64,000 bases of DNA, taken from assembly GCA_902556105.1 (NCBI GenBank), contig CACDUZ010000005.1, positions 4,747-68,746 of the forward strand. The letters are read 5' to 3'. The notes beneath the pieces were generated by a model. That model was not told where the DNA came from and made no database searches. It saw nothing but the letters and a program-made list of their open reading frames with translations. Of this stretch, positions 9,613-19,474 are shown piece after piece; position 1 is the stretch's first letter, and every line of letters starts with the position of its first letter. This stretch comes from an uncultured SAR86 cluster bacterium. GTDB lineage: Bacteria; Pseudomonadota; Gammaproteobacteria; Magnimaribacterales; D2472. The position numbers and the translations under genes are program-made.

Positions 9613-9996
9613 ATGAAAAAATTATTACTAGTATCTGTTATGTTTATATCAGCATCATTGATTGCTGATGGGCATGATAAAAAAGAAAAAAATACAAAAG
9701 AAAGGATGCAAAATCATCCAAATCATCTCATAAGCTTCAAGGATTGCAAGGAAACTAAAGAAGGAATTGGTGGTTTACTTTTTGCAGCTGATTCTGCTTG
9801 GAAAGAAGTAGAAATGAGTCCAGAAAATCAAGAAAAATGGGAAGAGGCAATTGTGCTTGTGGATTTAGCAGCAAATTATTCAACGATTTATGATGTATGG
9901 TGTAAGGACATGGTCAACCAAAGAATGAAAATGAGAATGAAGGCTGATAAGAAAAAAGATGGGAAACAAAAGCAAAAAAATAAAGAAGATAATTAA
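9613..9996 (+). CDS. Hypothetical secreted protein with Lys-rich tail
   Basis: Signal peptide MKKLLLVSVMFISASLIA, RBS AGAGGAAG upstream, C-terminal KADKKKDGKQKQKNKEDN. Confidence 0.5.
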   Translation: MKKLLLVSVMFISASLIADGHDKKEKNTKERMQNHPNHLISFKDCKETKEGIGGLLFAADSAWKEVEMSPENQEKWEEAIVLVDLAANYSTIYDVWCKDMVNQRMKMRMKADKKKDGKQKQKNKEDN

Positions 9997-10217
9997 AATT
10001 TACCTCGTTGAAATCTCATTCTAATTGCATAAACACGCAATAATGCTACCACTGTAATGATTAGCTGAATAAACACAGATATTTTTAATGGATCGGCCCA
10101 CTGCCAATTATCTATAGTTAACCAAAGGAGATACGTCTGTAATGGAAAATTTATTACTGCTCCCATTAGCACAATAATCATGGATTCACGTAAAGCAACT
10201 TTTTCTGTTTTGTTCAT
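9993..10217 (-). CDS. Small two-TM membrane protein, unknown function
   Basis: Two predicted helices (IIVLMGAVINFPLQTYLLWL; ISVFIQLIITVVALL). Shares a TTAA overlapping stop with the convergent gene. Confidence 0.4.
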   Translation of the reverse strand: MNKTEKVALRESMIIVLMGAVINFPLQTYLLWLTIDNWQWADPLKISVFIQLIITVVALLRVYAIRMRFQRGKF

Positions 10218-10225
10218 ATAATTTC

Positions 10226-10552
10226 CTATTTAGTTTTAACAGCAGTTCCATAAGCCAAAATCTCTGCTGCGCCTTGAGCAACGGTAGAGGTTTGAAACCT
10301 AAATCCTAAAATCGCATTTGCTCCTTTAGATTTAGCATCCTCAATCATCCTAGTATAAGCTTGATCTCTTGAAGTTTTAAGGAGTTTTGAGTATCCAACT
10401 AGTTCGCCTCCTATAAGGTTTTTAAGATTTGCAAAAATATCAGAACCAAAATTTCTTGCCCTGACAGTACTTCCCTGTACAAGACCTATATGTTCTAATA
10501 TTTCAACACCTTCAATGTCGTATGTAGTAACAACTTTAATATCTTCATTCAT
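10226..10552 (-). CDS. ybjQ: YbjQ/UPF0145 family protein
   Basis: TTYDIEG...IGLVQG...VRARNFGSDIFANLKNLIGGE...AILGFRF...AYGTAV is the YbjQ signature. Start placed at the internal ATG (MNEDIKVV). Confidence 0.85.
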   Translation of the reverse strand: MNEDIKVVTTYDIEGVEILEHIGLVQGSTVRARNFGSDIFANLKNLIGGELVGYSKLLKTSRDQAYTRMIEDAKSKGANAILGFRFQTSTVAQGAAEILAYGTAVKTK

Positions 10553-10588
10553 GACTTTTTTATAATAATGGTTTAAGTTATAAATATA

Positions 10589-10921
10589 ATGCAAGAACTC
10601 ATAGAAGCAAAGTTTTCAATTGGAAATGTTATAAAACATAAATTTCTTAATTTCCGTGGCGTTATATTTGATTTGGATCCATCCTTTAATAACACCGAAG
10701 AGTGGTATAACGCTATTCCAAAAAATATTAGACCAAAAAAAGATCAACCTTTTTATCATATATTTGCTGAAAACGAAGAAATTTTTTATATAGCTTATGT
10801 CTCTGAGCAGAATTTACTAGATGATCTCAAAGGTGGTCCTGCCAGTCACCCGGATATTAAAAAGATATTCTCACACTTTAATGGAAAATCTTATATCCCT
10901 CACGGAGTTACAACTAATTAA
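10589..10921 (+). CDS. hspQ: Heat-shock protein HspQ (YccV, hemimethylated-DNA-binding domain)
   Basis: AKFSIGNVIKHKFLNFRGVIFDLDP...PFYHIFAEN... matches the YccV/HspQ domain. Confidence 0.85.
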   Translation: MQELIEAKFSIGNVIKHKFLNFRGVIFDLDPSFNNTEEWYNAIPKNIRPKKDQPFYHIFAENEEIFYIAYVSEQNLLDDLKGGPASHPDIKKIFSHFNGKSYIPHGVTTN

Positions 10922-12141
10922 ACTTCAACTTTAAAATGTGCAATTTCAACAGAGGTTGTAAATACGTCCATAGCATCCATTAGCTCTTCTTTTGTAACAT
11001 AGGTCGGAGCAAGTCTTATTACACTATCTTTAGGATCATAATTTTTTGGAAAAGTGGATCCTGCTGGTGTTATTAAAACTCCCATTTCTTTACACAATTC
11101 AACAACCTTTGATGCTACAGGTTTAGATGTTGAATAGGTAATAAAATATCCCCCTGTTGGTCTTGAAAAAGTTCCACATTCATCAGGTAATTTTTCTAAA
11201 TATGAATAAGCTAATTCAAACTTTGGTCTTACCAACTCAGCATGTTTTAGCATATGAGATTTAACCGTTTCAACATCTTTAAAAAATTCAACATGTCTTT
11301 TCTGATTTAACTTATCAGGACATATGATCATTGTTGTTCTAACTTTTTTAATTAAATCTAAAGAGTGGCCCGATGTTGCCATAAATGAAATGCCTCCTCC
11401 ACCAAATGTCACTTTTGAAAAGGAGGTAGTTATGACGGTCTGATCTTCCACATCCGATTCAGATACGATTTGCCAAATAGGTTTTTGTTCAGGAGTTGGT
11501 AAAAAATCGTGGATTAAATAAGCATGATCAAAAAGGAACAGAAACTTATCAGAATAGTTAGATCCTATTTCGAACATTTTTTGCAGATTATCATCGGAGT
11601 ATATTTCTCCTGAAGGATTAGAATGCTTTGGAACACATAATATCCCTACTAAATTTTCTTCTTCTTTCAAAACCTCTTCAAATGCATTTAGGTCTATTCC
11701 ATCCTCTTTTAACGGTATTGGCACAGCTTCAATTCCAAAGTCTTCAAGCATCATGAAATGCCTATCAAATCCTGGCACTGGGCAAATAAATTTTGGATTT
11801 TTTAGGTCCTTCCAAGGGGTTGGTTCGGCAAAAAGGAAGTTTGACAACACAGTTTGGTAGGTTAGTAATAAACTCGATTGCTCACCAGCAAGAATATTAT
11901 CAATTGGAGCATGGAGAAGTTCTGAGCCCATTCTTCGTGCTTCTAAGATTCCAAAAGGCTCACCATAATTTCTAAGATCAATTCCATCTTCAGACGAGGT
12001 TGGTATAGAAATATCTATTAAATCATTTGATAAATCTAATTGGTCTTTGTCAGGCTTGCCTCTTGTTATATCAATTGATAATTGCTTTTCTTTAAGCGAA
12101 TTAAACCTTGTTATAATTTCTTGATGCATAATATTAATCAC
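10918..12141 (-). CDS. PLP-dependent aminotransferase (fold type I, aspartate-aminotransferase-like)
   Basis: ITRGKPDKDQLDLS N-terminal motif, SFSKVTFGGGG (PLP lysine context), about 400 aa. Confidence 0.8.
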   Translation of the reverse strand: MINIMHQEIITRFNSLKEKQLSIDITRGKPDKDQLDLSNDLIDISIPTSSEDGIDLRNYGEPFGILEARRMGSELLHAPIDNILAGEQSSLLLTYQTVLSNFLFAEPTPWKDLKNPKFICPVPGFDRHFMMLEDFGIEAVPIPLKEDGIDLNAFEEVLKEEENLVGILCVPKHSNPSGEIYSDDNLQKMFEIGSNYSDKFLFLFDHAYLIHDFLPTPEQKPIWQIVSESDVEDQTVITTSFSKVTFGGGGISFMATSGHSLDLIKKVRTTMIICPDKLNQKRHVEFFKDVETVKSHMLKHAELVRPKFELAYSYLEKLPDECGTFSRPTGGYFITYSTSKPVASKVVELCKEMGVLITPAGSTFPKNYDPKDSVIRLAPTYVTKEELMDAMDVFTTSVEIAHFKVEV

Positions 12142-12157
12142 ATTTTATACTAACATC

Positions 12158-13042
12158 ATGATTAATTATCTAATATTGTTATCTTTAATTTTCATAATAG
12201 GAATTTTGATCTATCTTTTGTTTAGTATAAAAAATAAAGAAACGGTCGATCAAGGTGGGAATGAGAGTTTGCAAAACAAACTCAATGAAGTTTCTAATGA
12301 CATAAATAAAATCGAAATAGATTTAGCCTCAGTAACTACTCCAATAAATGAATTAAATAGATTTCTAGGTGGAAATGTCACTACAGGAAGGCTTGGTGAA
12401 TGGAGCCTAGAATCAATAGTGCAAGATATTATGCCTAATAATAGTTATAAGTTTCAGGATCAGATAAATAATGAATCAGCGGACAGAGTGGATTGCTCAA
12501 TTACTACCGCAGAGGGCTTTATTGTTCCAATAGACTCAAAATTTTACGCTGGCCAATATCAGAACTTTCAATCTGCAGGAAGTGATGTAGAAAGAAAAAA
12601 GGTTTTGAGGGATTTAAGGACTGCGGTCTTGAGAGATGCAGAAGATATTTCAAAAAAATATATATTACAAAACAAAACTTCAAATTATGCAGTGTTATAC
12701 ATGGCTTCTGAAAAACTTATTGATCTTGTAGATAAAATAGATGATTTAAGACAGGAATGTCTCACTGAAAAGAGAATATTAATTTTAGGGCCGAACACTC
12801 TTGCTGCATTTTTGGATACCATAAGAGTTGGACATCATTATCTTAAATTAAATGAGACTGCTGCAAAGGTGGCCAAAGTAGTAAGAGGAATTCAAAAAGA
12901 ATTTAATAACTTAGATATAAGCACAGAAACCGTCATCAAAAGATTGGATGGTGCTCTAAAGGATGTTCAAAATCTCCAAACAAGGGTCAATGTATTGGGT
13001 AACAAACTTGAAAAAGGTTCTGAAAGCTTAGAAGAAGAGTGA
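12158..13042 (+). CDS. rmuC: DNA recombination protein RmuC, short form
   Basis: N-terminal TM, a short coiled coil, then the RmuC nuclease-like core (VDCSITTAEGFIVPIDSKF, YAVLYMASE). Confidence 0.75.
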   Translation: MINYLILLSLIFIIGILIYLLFSIKNKETVDQGGNESLQNKLNEVSNDINKIEIDLASVTTPINELNRFLGGNVTTGRLGEWSLESIVQDIMPNNSYKFQDQINNESADRVDCSITTAEGFIVPIDSKFYAGQYQNFQSAGSDVERKKVLRDLRTAVLRDAEDISKKYILQNKTSNYAVLYMASEKLIDLVDKIDDLRQECLTEKRILILGPNTLAAFLDTIRVGHHYLKLNETAAKVAKVVRGIQKEFNNLDISTETVIKRLDGALKDVQNLQTRVNVLGNKLEKGSESLEEE

Positions 13043-13064
13043 CACTGATAGAAAAAATAAAATA

Positions 13065-14618
13065 ATGCAAAACTTAAAAATTTGGAATTATATTTCATTA
13101 CCCTGGCTTGGATTTACCTCAATTTTTTTCTTAATTTTTTTCTTTTTAGCTTTCTTCAGTGAAGTTGACTTTACTTTTTTAACAAATAGTTACTTAAAAG
13201 ATCTGTTTTTAAATACAATTATTCTTTCATTCAGTTCAGCATTATTGTCTGCCTTGATAGCAGTACCTCTGGCTATATTAATTACATTCTATAAATTCCC
13301 TGGCCATAATTTTTTTAGCTGGGCTCTGAGTCTTTCAATAGCCTTTCCTGCATACGTATATGCATTTATCTTTGTTGGCATATTTGAATATGCTAGCCCA
13401 ATATCAGAATTCTTGAGAGAATTAAATATTAGTTTACCTTCGATCAAAAATGTATATGGAGCTTCAGTAATCATGTCTATGGCACTTTTTCCTTATATCT
13501 TTTTATTAACAAAAGCGCAGCTATCTAGTGTCGGTGTCGGTATCTTTAAAGCAGCAAAGTCGTTAGGAAGTAATAACTTAACAGCAATAAGAAAAGTTAT
13601 TTTGCCATCGCTGTGGCCAGCTGTCATTGCTGGTATGGCCCTTGTTATATTTGAGACAATTTCAGACTTTGGTGGAGTTTCTACACTCAGAGTTGAAACT
13701 TTTACAGTAGGAATATACGACGCATGGTTTGGATATCAAAGCTACTTTTCTGCTGCAAGGTTAGCAGGATACTTATTGTTATTTGTATTCTTTATAGTAT
13801 TTATCAGCAAATATTTTGGAGCTAATTCTAATACACTGGCTTCTAAAACTGCTGAAACTTTTCAAAAAATAGAATTAAATAAATTTAATCAGTACATGAT
13901 TTCAACTACCTGTTTGTCAATTTTTGTATTGGTGTTTTGTATACCCGTAATACAGTTACTTGTTTGGCATTTTGATAATCTATCATTTAATGTATCTGAA
14001 AGTCTGTATCTACTTTTTAACTCATTAATTCTTGGAGTTTGTGCTGCATTATTTACAGTTTTTTTTGCTATGGCGCTATCGCTTAGCTATAAGAGCAATA
14101 GTTACATTAGACCTTTCATATCAATTGCTTCTTCAGGGTATGCTGTACCTGGATCAGTTATTTCTGCTGCTCTGCTAATAGTTTTTGACTTTGTATTCGA
14201 TACATCTATCACTCTTTACGGCGTTTTTGGCTTAATACTATGTTTGAGCTTACGATTCATGACACCTGCATTCAATTATATAAATGCATCTCTAACAAAT
14301 ATCTCAAAGTCTGCAGAAAATGCATTATCAACTCAGCCTAGGAATTCATATAAAGCATTTAGATTATTCTACTTACCGCAGATGAAGCCTGCTATCTTGT
14401 TAAGCATCATGATAGTGTTTATTGAGTCGATTAAAGAACAGCCAGCAACCTTGCTCTTAAGGCCTGTAGGTTTTGATACTCTCTCAACTAAAATATACAA
14501 TTTTACAAGTGAGGGCCAGTGGGAAATGGCTTCAACTCCAAGCCTTTTCTTAATAGCTCTTAGCTTGGTTTTTGTTTATCTTATAAATAAGAATATAGAT
14601 CTGAACAAGAATACATAA
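13065..14618 (+). CDS. Two-domain ABC transporter permease (Fe(3+)/thiamine FbpB/ThiP type)
   Basis: About 12 TM helices and two EAA-like loops (KAAKSLGSNNLTAIRKVILP; ENALSTQPRNSYKAFRLFYLP). Confidence 0.8.
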   Translation: MQNLKIWNYISLPWLGFTSIFFLIFFFLAFFSEVDFTFLTNSYLKDLFLNTIILSFSSALLSALIAVPLAILITFYKFPGHNFFSWALSLSIAFPAYVYAFIFVGIFEYASPISEFLRELNISLPSIKNVYGASVIMSMALFPYIFLLTKAQLSSVGVGIFKAAKSLGSNNLTAIRKVILPSLWPAVIAGMALVIFETISDFGGVSTLRVETFTVGIYDAWFGYQSYFSAARLAGYLLLFVFFIVFISKYFGANSNTLASKTAETFQKIELNKFNQYMISTTCLSIFVLVFCIPVIQLLVWHFDNLSFNVSESLYLLFNSLILGVCAALFTVFFAMALSLSYKSNSYIRPFISIASSGYAVPGSVISAALLIVFDFVFDTSITLYGVFGLILCLSLRFMTPAFNYINASLTNISKSAENALSTQPRNSYKAFRLFYLPQMKPAILLSIMIVFIESIKEQPATLLLRPVGFDTLSTKIYNFTSEGQWEMASTPSLFLIALSLVFVYLINKNIDLNKNT

Positions 14619-14619
14619 T

Positions 14620-15105
14620 ATGAAAGAACCAGGCTATAGGCTAAATGTTGGGCTAATAATCGCCAATGAAAATGGTGAGCTCTTATTATGTAAGAGAAAA
14701 AAAATGAACAGCTGGCAATTCCCTCAAGGTGGTATAGACTTTGGAGAGAGTCCAATAAAAGCAGCTAAAAGAGAATTATTTGAGGAGGTTGGCATTTCTT
14801 CAAAATCTGTAACTCTTATAGAATCTCTTGATGATTGGCTGAAATATGAAATTCCTAAAAAAAGTAGAAGAAGAAATTTTCTTGATAGGAAATTTAAAGG
14901 ACAAAAACAAAAATGGTTTTTATTTAAATTGAAGAAGAATGTCGAAGTGACATTTGAGAACGATCCAGATAATGAATTTGATGACTTTAAATGGGTCTCT
15001 TATTGGTATCCTTTAAATGTGATAATTTCATTTAAAGAAAAGGTCTATCGAGAAGCATTAAATAAATTAAAATACTCCTTCTGTAAAGAATTTAAAAATG
15101 TTTGA
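14620..15105 (+). CDS. rppH: RNA pyrophosphohydrolase
   Basis: YRLNVG start and Nudix box GGIDFGESPIKAAKRELFEEVGI. Confidence 0.9.
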   Translation: MKEPGYRLNVGLIIANENGELLLCKRKKMNSWQFPQGGIDFGESPIKAAKRELFEEVGISSKSVTLIESLDDWLKYEIPKKSRRRNFLDRKFKGQKQKWFLFKLKKNVEVTFENDPDNEFDDFKWVSYWYPLNVIISFKEKVYREALNKLKYSFCKEFKNV

Positions 15106-15889
15106 TGAAATATTAATCTTTAGTGCTTTAGGTGTTCTGGCTGGAATTCTTGCTGGAATGTTTGGTATTGGAGGGGGTTTGATTATTGTTCCAGTATTAA
15201 TAGGTACTTTTATTAATTTAGGCTTTGATGAAAGCATAATTGTTCATCTTGCGATCGGAACAGCAATATCGTGTATTATTTTTACTGGCTTATCATCTGC
15301 AAATGCTCATAGAAAAAAGAATTCTATTGATTTTGATCACTTCAGACCAGTTGCTATTGGTATTATATTCGGGGCTTTAGCTGGAGCTTTTTTTGCTGTT
15401 CAAATAAAAGGATTATTTTTAAAAATATCCATAGCAATATTTATTATGGTCGTTGGAATACAAATACTATTTGATTTGAGCTTTTCATCTAAGAGAATTC
15501 ATCCAAATAAAAATAAATCAATTTTTGCAGGATCTGTAATCGGCTTTCTTTCTGCAATCCTTGGAATAGGTGGTGGCACTTTTTCAGTGCCCTATTTCAA
15601 ATCATTGGGACTTAGTCTAACGAGTTCAATTGGTACATCGGCGGCTTGTGGAGTTCCAATAGCTATTTTTGGAACTTTTGGGTATATCATTGCCGGAACT
15701 AATGTCATGACTCTTCCCGAAATGAGTCTTGGTTATATTTATTTACCAGCATTGTTAGGCGTTTCAATAACTAGTATTTTTTCTGCAAAATATGGAGCAG
15801 ATCTGGCGCATTACTTATCTCAAACAACATTAAAAAGACTTATGGCCTCCTGGTTCTTTATAATTTCTATATATTTGTTTTTAGTATGA
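15098..15889 (+). CDS. TauE/SafE (YfcA-like) anion exporter family membrane protein
   Basis: Eight TM helices with duplicated GIGGG motifs (MFGIGGGLIIVP; LGIGGGTFSVP). Confidence 0.8.
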   Translation: MFDEILIFSALGVLAGILAGMFGIGGGLIIVPVLIGTFINLGFDESIIVHLAIGTAISCIIFTGLSSANAHRKKNSIDFDHFRPVAIGIIFGALAGAFFAVQIKGLFLKISIAIFIMVVGIQILFDLSFSSKRIHPNKNKSIFAGSVIGFLSAILGIGGGTFSVPYFKSLGLSLTSSIGTSAACGVPIAIFGTFGYIIAGTNVMTLPEMSLGYIYLPALLGVSITSIFSAKYGADLAHYLSQTTLKRLMASWFFIISIYLFLV

Positions 15890-16683
15890 TCATAGAACTA
15901 TCAGATTTTTTTAATAACCCTAGTCTTATTGAGCTAGGGCCATTGAAAATTCAATATTATGCTGTTACTTGGCTTTTGTCTGCTGTTCTAATTTATGCCT
16001 TTCTAAAAAAGAATAGAATAATTCAAGAGATTGGATTAGATAAAGAAGAAGTTAATGATATGGTTTTTCTATATGGCTTATTCTTTGGAGCTATGTGTGG
16101 AGGAAGAGTTGGTTATATGCTCTTTTATGGATTAGAACAGTTAGTAAATAATCCTCTTTCTTTATTCTATATCTGGCAAGGCGGTCTAAGCTTTCATGGT
16201 GGACTAATTGGTGTAATAGCTGCATTAATTGTTTTTTGTAAGAAGAAAAATATTGAGTTTTTAAGATTGATGGATGGAGTTGCGCTTGCAATGCCGATAG
16301 GCCTTGGTCTTGTTAGAATAGGCAACTTTCTTAATGGTGAATTATATGGAAAAGTTACCAATGGAGGTTGGGGTTTTATTTTTCCTACCGATCCTTTTGG
16401 AGCTTTGCGACATCCTTCGCAACTTTATGAAAGCTTTGGCGAAGGCCTCATTCTATTTGCAATATTATTTTTAATCAGTATGAAAACTAATGTTAAAGGG
16501 ATAGTTTGTTCATCATTTCTTATTTTTTATGGTTCAATAAGATTTATAATTGAGTTCTTTAGACAACCAGATGCTCACATAGGCTATATTGCGTTTGATT
16601 CAATTAGTATGGGTCAATTACTATGCATGCCGATGATAGTGATAGGGTTTTTTATATTAATGTATTCTAGGAAAAACGCATGA
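15886..16683 (+). CDS. lgt: Phosphatidylglycerol-prolipoprotein diacylglyceryl transferase
   Basis: GGLSFHGGLIG, RIGNFLNGELYG, RHPSQLYE. Confidence 0.9.
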   Translation: MIIELSDFFNNPSLIELGPLKIQYYAVTWLLSAVLIYAFLKKNRIIQEIGLDKEEVNDMVFLYGLFFGAMCGGRVGYMLFYGLEQLVNNPLSLFYIWQGGLSFHGGLIGVIAALIVFCKKKNIEFLRLMDGVALAMPIGLGLVRIGNFLNGELYGKVTNGGWGFIFPTDPFGALRHPSQLYESFGEGLILFAILFLISMKTNVKGIVCSSFLIFYGSIRFIIEFFRQPDAHIGYIAFDSISMGQLLCMPMIVIGFFILMYSRKNA

Positions 16684-17543
16684 AAGCTTACTTAGATCTT
16701 TTGCAATACATTTTAGAAAATGGCGAGCAAAAAGATGATAGAACAAATACTGGGACAATATCTTCATTTGGACATCAATTAGAATTTGATCTAGAAGAGG
16801 GATTCCCTGCTGTTACTACAAAATCTCTTGCATGGAAGGGAGTTGTTTCTGAATTGTTATGGTTTATTGAAGGTTCTGATGATGAGAGAAGATTGGCTGA
16901 AATAAGATTTGGTAAAGATAGAACTGAAATTACTGATCTAAAAAAATACTCTACGATTTGGACTGATAATGCTGATAATCAAGGTAAAGAGTTAGGATAT
17001 GAGAATACAGACACAAAAAAAATTCTTGGTCCTGTTTATGGTGTTCAATGGAGAAACTGGGGTGGAAAAGATCAAATTAAAGATCTTCTAAAAGAGCTCA
17101 AGAAAAATCCTGACGGAAGACGTCATATTCTATCAGCATGGAACCTTGATGAATTAAATAAAATGGCTTTGCCACCTTGTCATGTAATGACACAATTTTA
17201 TGTTCATAACGATTCAATTAGTTGTCATATGTATCAAAGAAGTGCTGATATGTTTTTAGGCGTTCCATTTAATATTGCAAGTTATGCCCTACTTCTTTCA
17301 ATTTTTGGTGAAATTTTAAATTTAAAACCAAAAAGATTTATTCACTCTTTTGGTGATGCGCATATTTATAAGAATTCTATTGATCAAGTTAGAGAACAAA
17401 TTTCTAGGACGCCAAAACCTATGCCAGAGTTAGTTATGCCAACCATTAACTCAATCGATGATCTTAAAAACTTTGGGATTGAAGAATTTGCTCTAAAAAA
17501 TTATGATCCACATCCTCCAATAAAAGCAAAGATGGCCATATAA
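16680..17543 (+). CDS. thyA: Thymidylate synthase
   Basis: YLDLLQ, DRTNTGT, catalytic LPPCH, YQRSADMFLGVPFNIASY. Confidence 0.95.
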   Translation: MKAYLDLLQYILENGEQKDDRTNTGTISSFGHQLEFDLEEGFPAVTTKSLAWKGVVSELLWFIEGSDDERRLAEIRFGKDRTEITDLKKYSTIWTDNADNQGKELGYENTDTKKILGPVYGVQWRNWGGKDQIKDLLKELKKNPDGRRHILSAWNLDELNKMALPPCHVMTQFYVHNDSISCHMYQRSADMFLGVPFNIASYALLLSIFGEILNLKPKRFIHSFGDAHIYKNSIDQVREQISRTPKPMPELVMPTINSIDDLKNFGIEEFALKNYDPHPPIKAKMAI

Positions 17544-18050
17544 ATGATAATAATCTCTCACGTTGTTGCACTTTCAAATAATAATGTTATTGGCGTTGAT
17601 AATGATTTACCTTGGAATCTCAAGACTGATTTAAATCACTTTAAAGAATATACAACAAATAAAATTATTGTAATGGGTAGGAAAACATACGAATCTATTG
17701 GCAGGCCTCTTCCAAATAGAATAAATTATATTGTTTCAAATACTATTAAAGATTTAGATGGTGCTAGCATTTTCAAGAGTACTGAAGATGCACTTGAGAG
17801 TGCAAAAGAAATTTGTAATATGAATGAGAATTATGACGAGATAGTTATCATAGGAGGAGGTTATCTTTTTAGGGACACTCTATCAATCACAAATAAGTTA
17901 GTTTTAACAAATGTGGATTGCGACATAGAAGGCGATGTTTTTTATCCAGAAATCAATCTAAATGAATGGAAAGAAATAAAATCAGAAAACTTTAAAAAAG
18001 ATTTAGATAATGATTATGATTTTGTTGTGAGGATCTACGAGAGAGCCTAA
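17544..18050 (+). CDS. folA: Dihydrofolate reductase
   Basis: IGVDNDLPW, VMGRKTYESIG, IGGG. Immediately follows thyA. Confidence 0.9.
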   Translation: MIIISHVVALSNNNVIGVDNDLPWNLKTDLNHFKEYTTNKIIVMGRKTYESIGRPLPNRINYIVSNTIKDLDGASIFKSTEDALESAKEICNMNENYDEIVIIGGGYLFRDTLSITNKLVLTNVDCDIEGDVFYPEINLNEWKEIKSENFKKDLDNDYDFVVRIYERA

Positions 18051-19474
18051 GAAGAATTCATTTGAATATAGTCTCTTCTAAGAGCCAGATTTTTAACCCT
18101 AATTTCTTCATTTTCAGTATATTTTAACCAGTTATTAGCTTGGGTTTTGATTTTCTTTGTCTTATCTCTAGCAGCTATTCTAAAATTCTTTCTAGCTTCA
18201 TCAAATTCTTGAAGTTCAAAATAAGCTTGGCCTAATGTTAGGTATACTTGTGAAAGATTTTTCACTTTTCCCTTATCTAGACCTTTTTTTATTGAATCAA
18301 CTGCTTCAGTTACTTTGTCTTCTGATAAATAAAGATTACCAAGCAATACATATGATTGGCCATCTTTTGAAATCTTAGCTGCTTTCTCCAAAACAGGTAT
18401 AGCTTTATCAATTTCTTGTGCCATCCTCCATGAGTCAGCAAGAAGTTTTAGATTTTTTTCAGTATCTTTAACAACAGGAACAATTTTTTCTTCTTTGGTT
18501 TTTTCATCGACAATTGTTACCATCTTCTTTTGTCCATCAACAAGAACTTCAGCTGCCCAGTATGGATTTTTATTCAATAATAGTAACTGTGTGAGAGCCA
18601 GGTATTCTGATTCTTTATCAAGAAAATCTTTTTGATACGCGGCTTTAAGAGTAATCATATAATCTCTTTCTCTATCAAGTTGGCCGTATGCCCCACCTAA
18701 TTGAATAAAATATAATTTTTTTGGATAAAGATTTACAAGAATTTCATATATATCAACTTGTCTAAGAAGAGATTCTTTTTCGCCAATTTGATCTTTTAGT
18801 TCACTAATACAGGCTGCTAAAATTACATACCAGTTTTCTCTGGGTTTATACCCCTCTTCTTCTGCCATAGAAACTGCTGTTTCCATTGATGACATAGCTT
18901 TCTTATAATCACCTGTTTGGAAATAAGCCTGACCAAGTAATGAATATGATTGAGCAGTCACTTTTTCAACTTCGCTCATCCATTGAAGAATTAATTCTAT
19001 ACCTTTTTCATAGTTCTCTTGAACTAAATTAAGCTGTGCTAGTGATAGCAAAGCTCCAACCCTTAAGCCAATGGTAACTTCTGGTTCATTAATTAGATTG
19101 GTATATGCATTAATAGCTTGAGCATATTTAGCATCGCTAAAATAAACATAAGCCCATGCGTTCCACATCACAGATCTATCATAGCTTTTTAGTTCATCTT
19201 TCTTGTTGCGAAGTTCGGTAAGAATGGTAAGAACAGTTTCCATGTCTGGAGCAGGCTCACCACTTTCGTCAACTTCTTCAAGAGCCTCATATACTTTTGC
19301 CATTTTCTTAGCAGTTGAGGTCTGGAGTGCCCTTGCTTTTTTATATTTTATAGGCTTTTTTGTTTCTTGTGATTGTGCTTCAAGATTAGTTGGCGTCATA
19401 GCAAATACTAATGCCAATGAAGATAGTAAATAAATTGAAATTTTTGTTTTCATAATATTAAGCTTAATCCTCAT
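18047..19474 (-). CDS. Secreted TPR-repeat protein, last gene of the TonB2-type cluster (TtpD-like)
   Basis: Signal peptide (MKTKISIYLLSSLALVFA; an alternative start at 19453 is likely), then multiple TPR-like A..Y....G.Y..A repeats. Confidence 0.7.
   Translation of the reverse strand: MRIKLNIMKTKISIYLLSSLALVFAMTPTNLEAQSQETKKPIKYKKARALQTSTAKKMAKVYEALEEVDESGEPAPDMETVLTILTELRNKKDELKSYDRSVMWNAWAYVYFSDAKYAQAINAYTNLINEPEVTIGLRVGALLSLAQLNLVQENYEKGIELILQWMSEVEKVTAQSYSLLGQAYFQTGDYKKAMSSMETAVSMAEEEGYKPRENWYVILAACISELKDQIGEKESLLRQVDIYEILVNLYPKKLYFIQLGGAYGQLDRERDYMITLKAAYQKDFLDKESEYLALTQLLLLNKNPYWAAEVLVDGQKKMVTIVDEKTKEEKIVPVVKDTEKNLKLLADSWRMAQEIDKAIPVLEKAAKISKDGQSYVLLGNLYLSEDKVTEAVDSIKKGLDKGKVKNLSQVYLTLGQAYFELQEFDEARKNFRIAARDKTKKIKTQANNWLKYTENEEIRVKNLALRRDYIQMNSS

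Noticed and set aside
5470-10217. A genomic island integrated at tRNA-Phe.
   Set aside because: I could see no integrase, recombinase or transposase, no direct repeat of the tRNA 3' end, and no obvious composition shift. The genes include ordinary metabolic enzymes.
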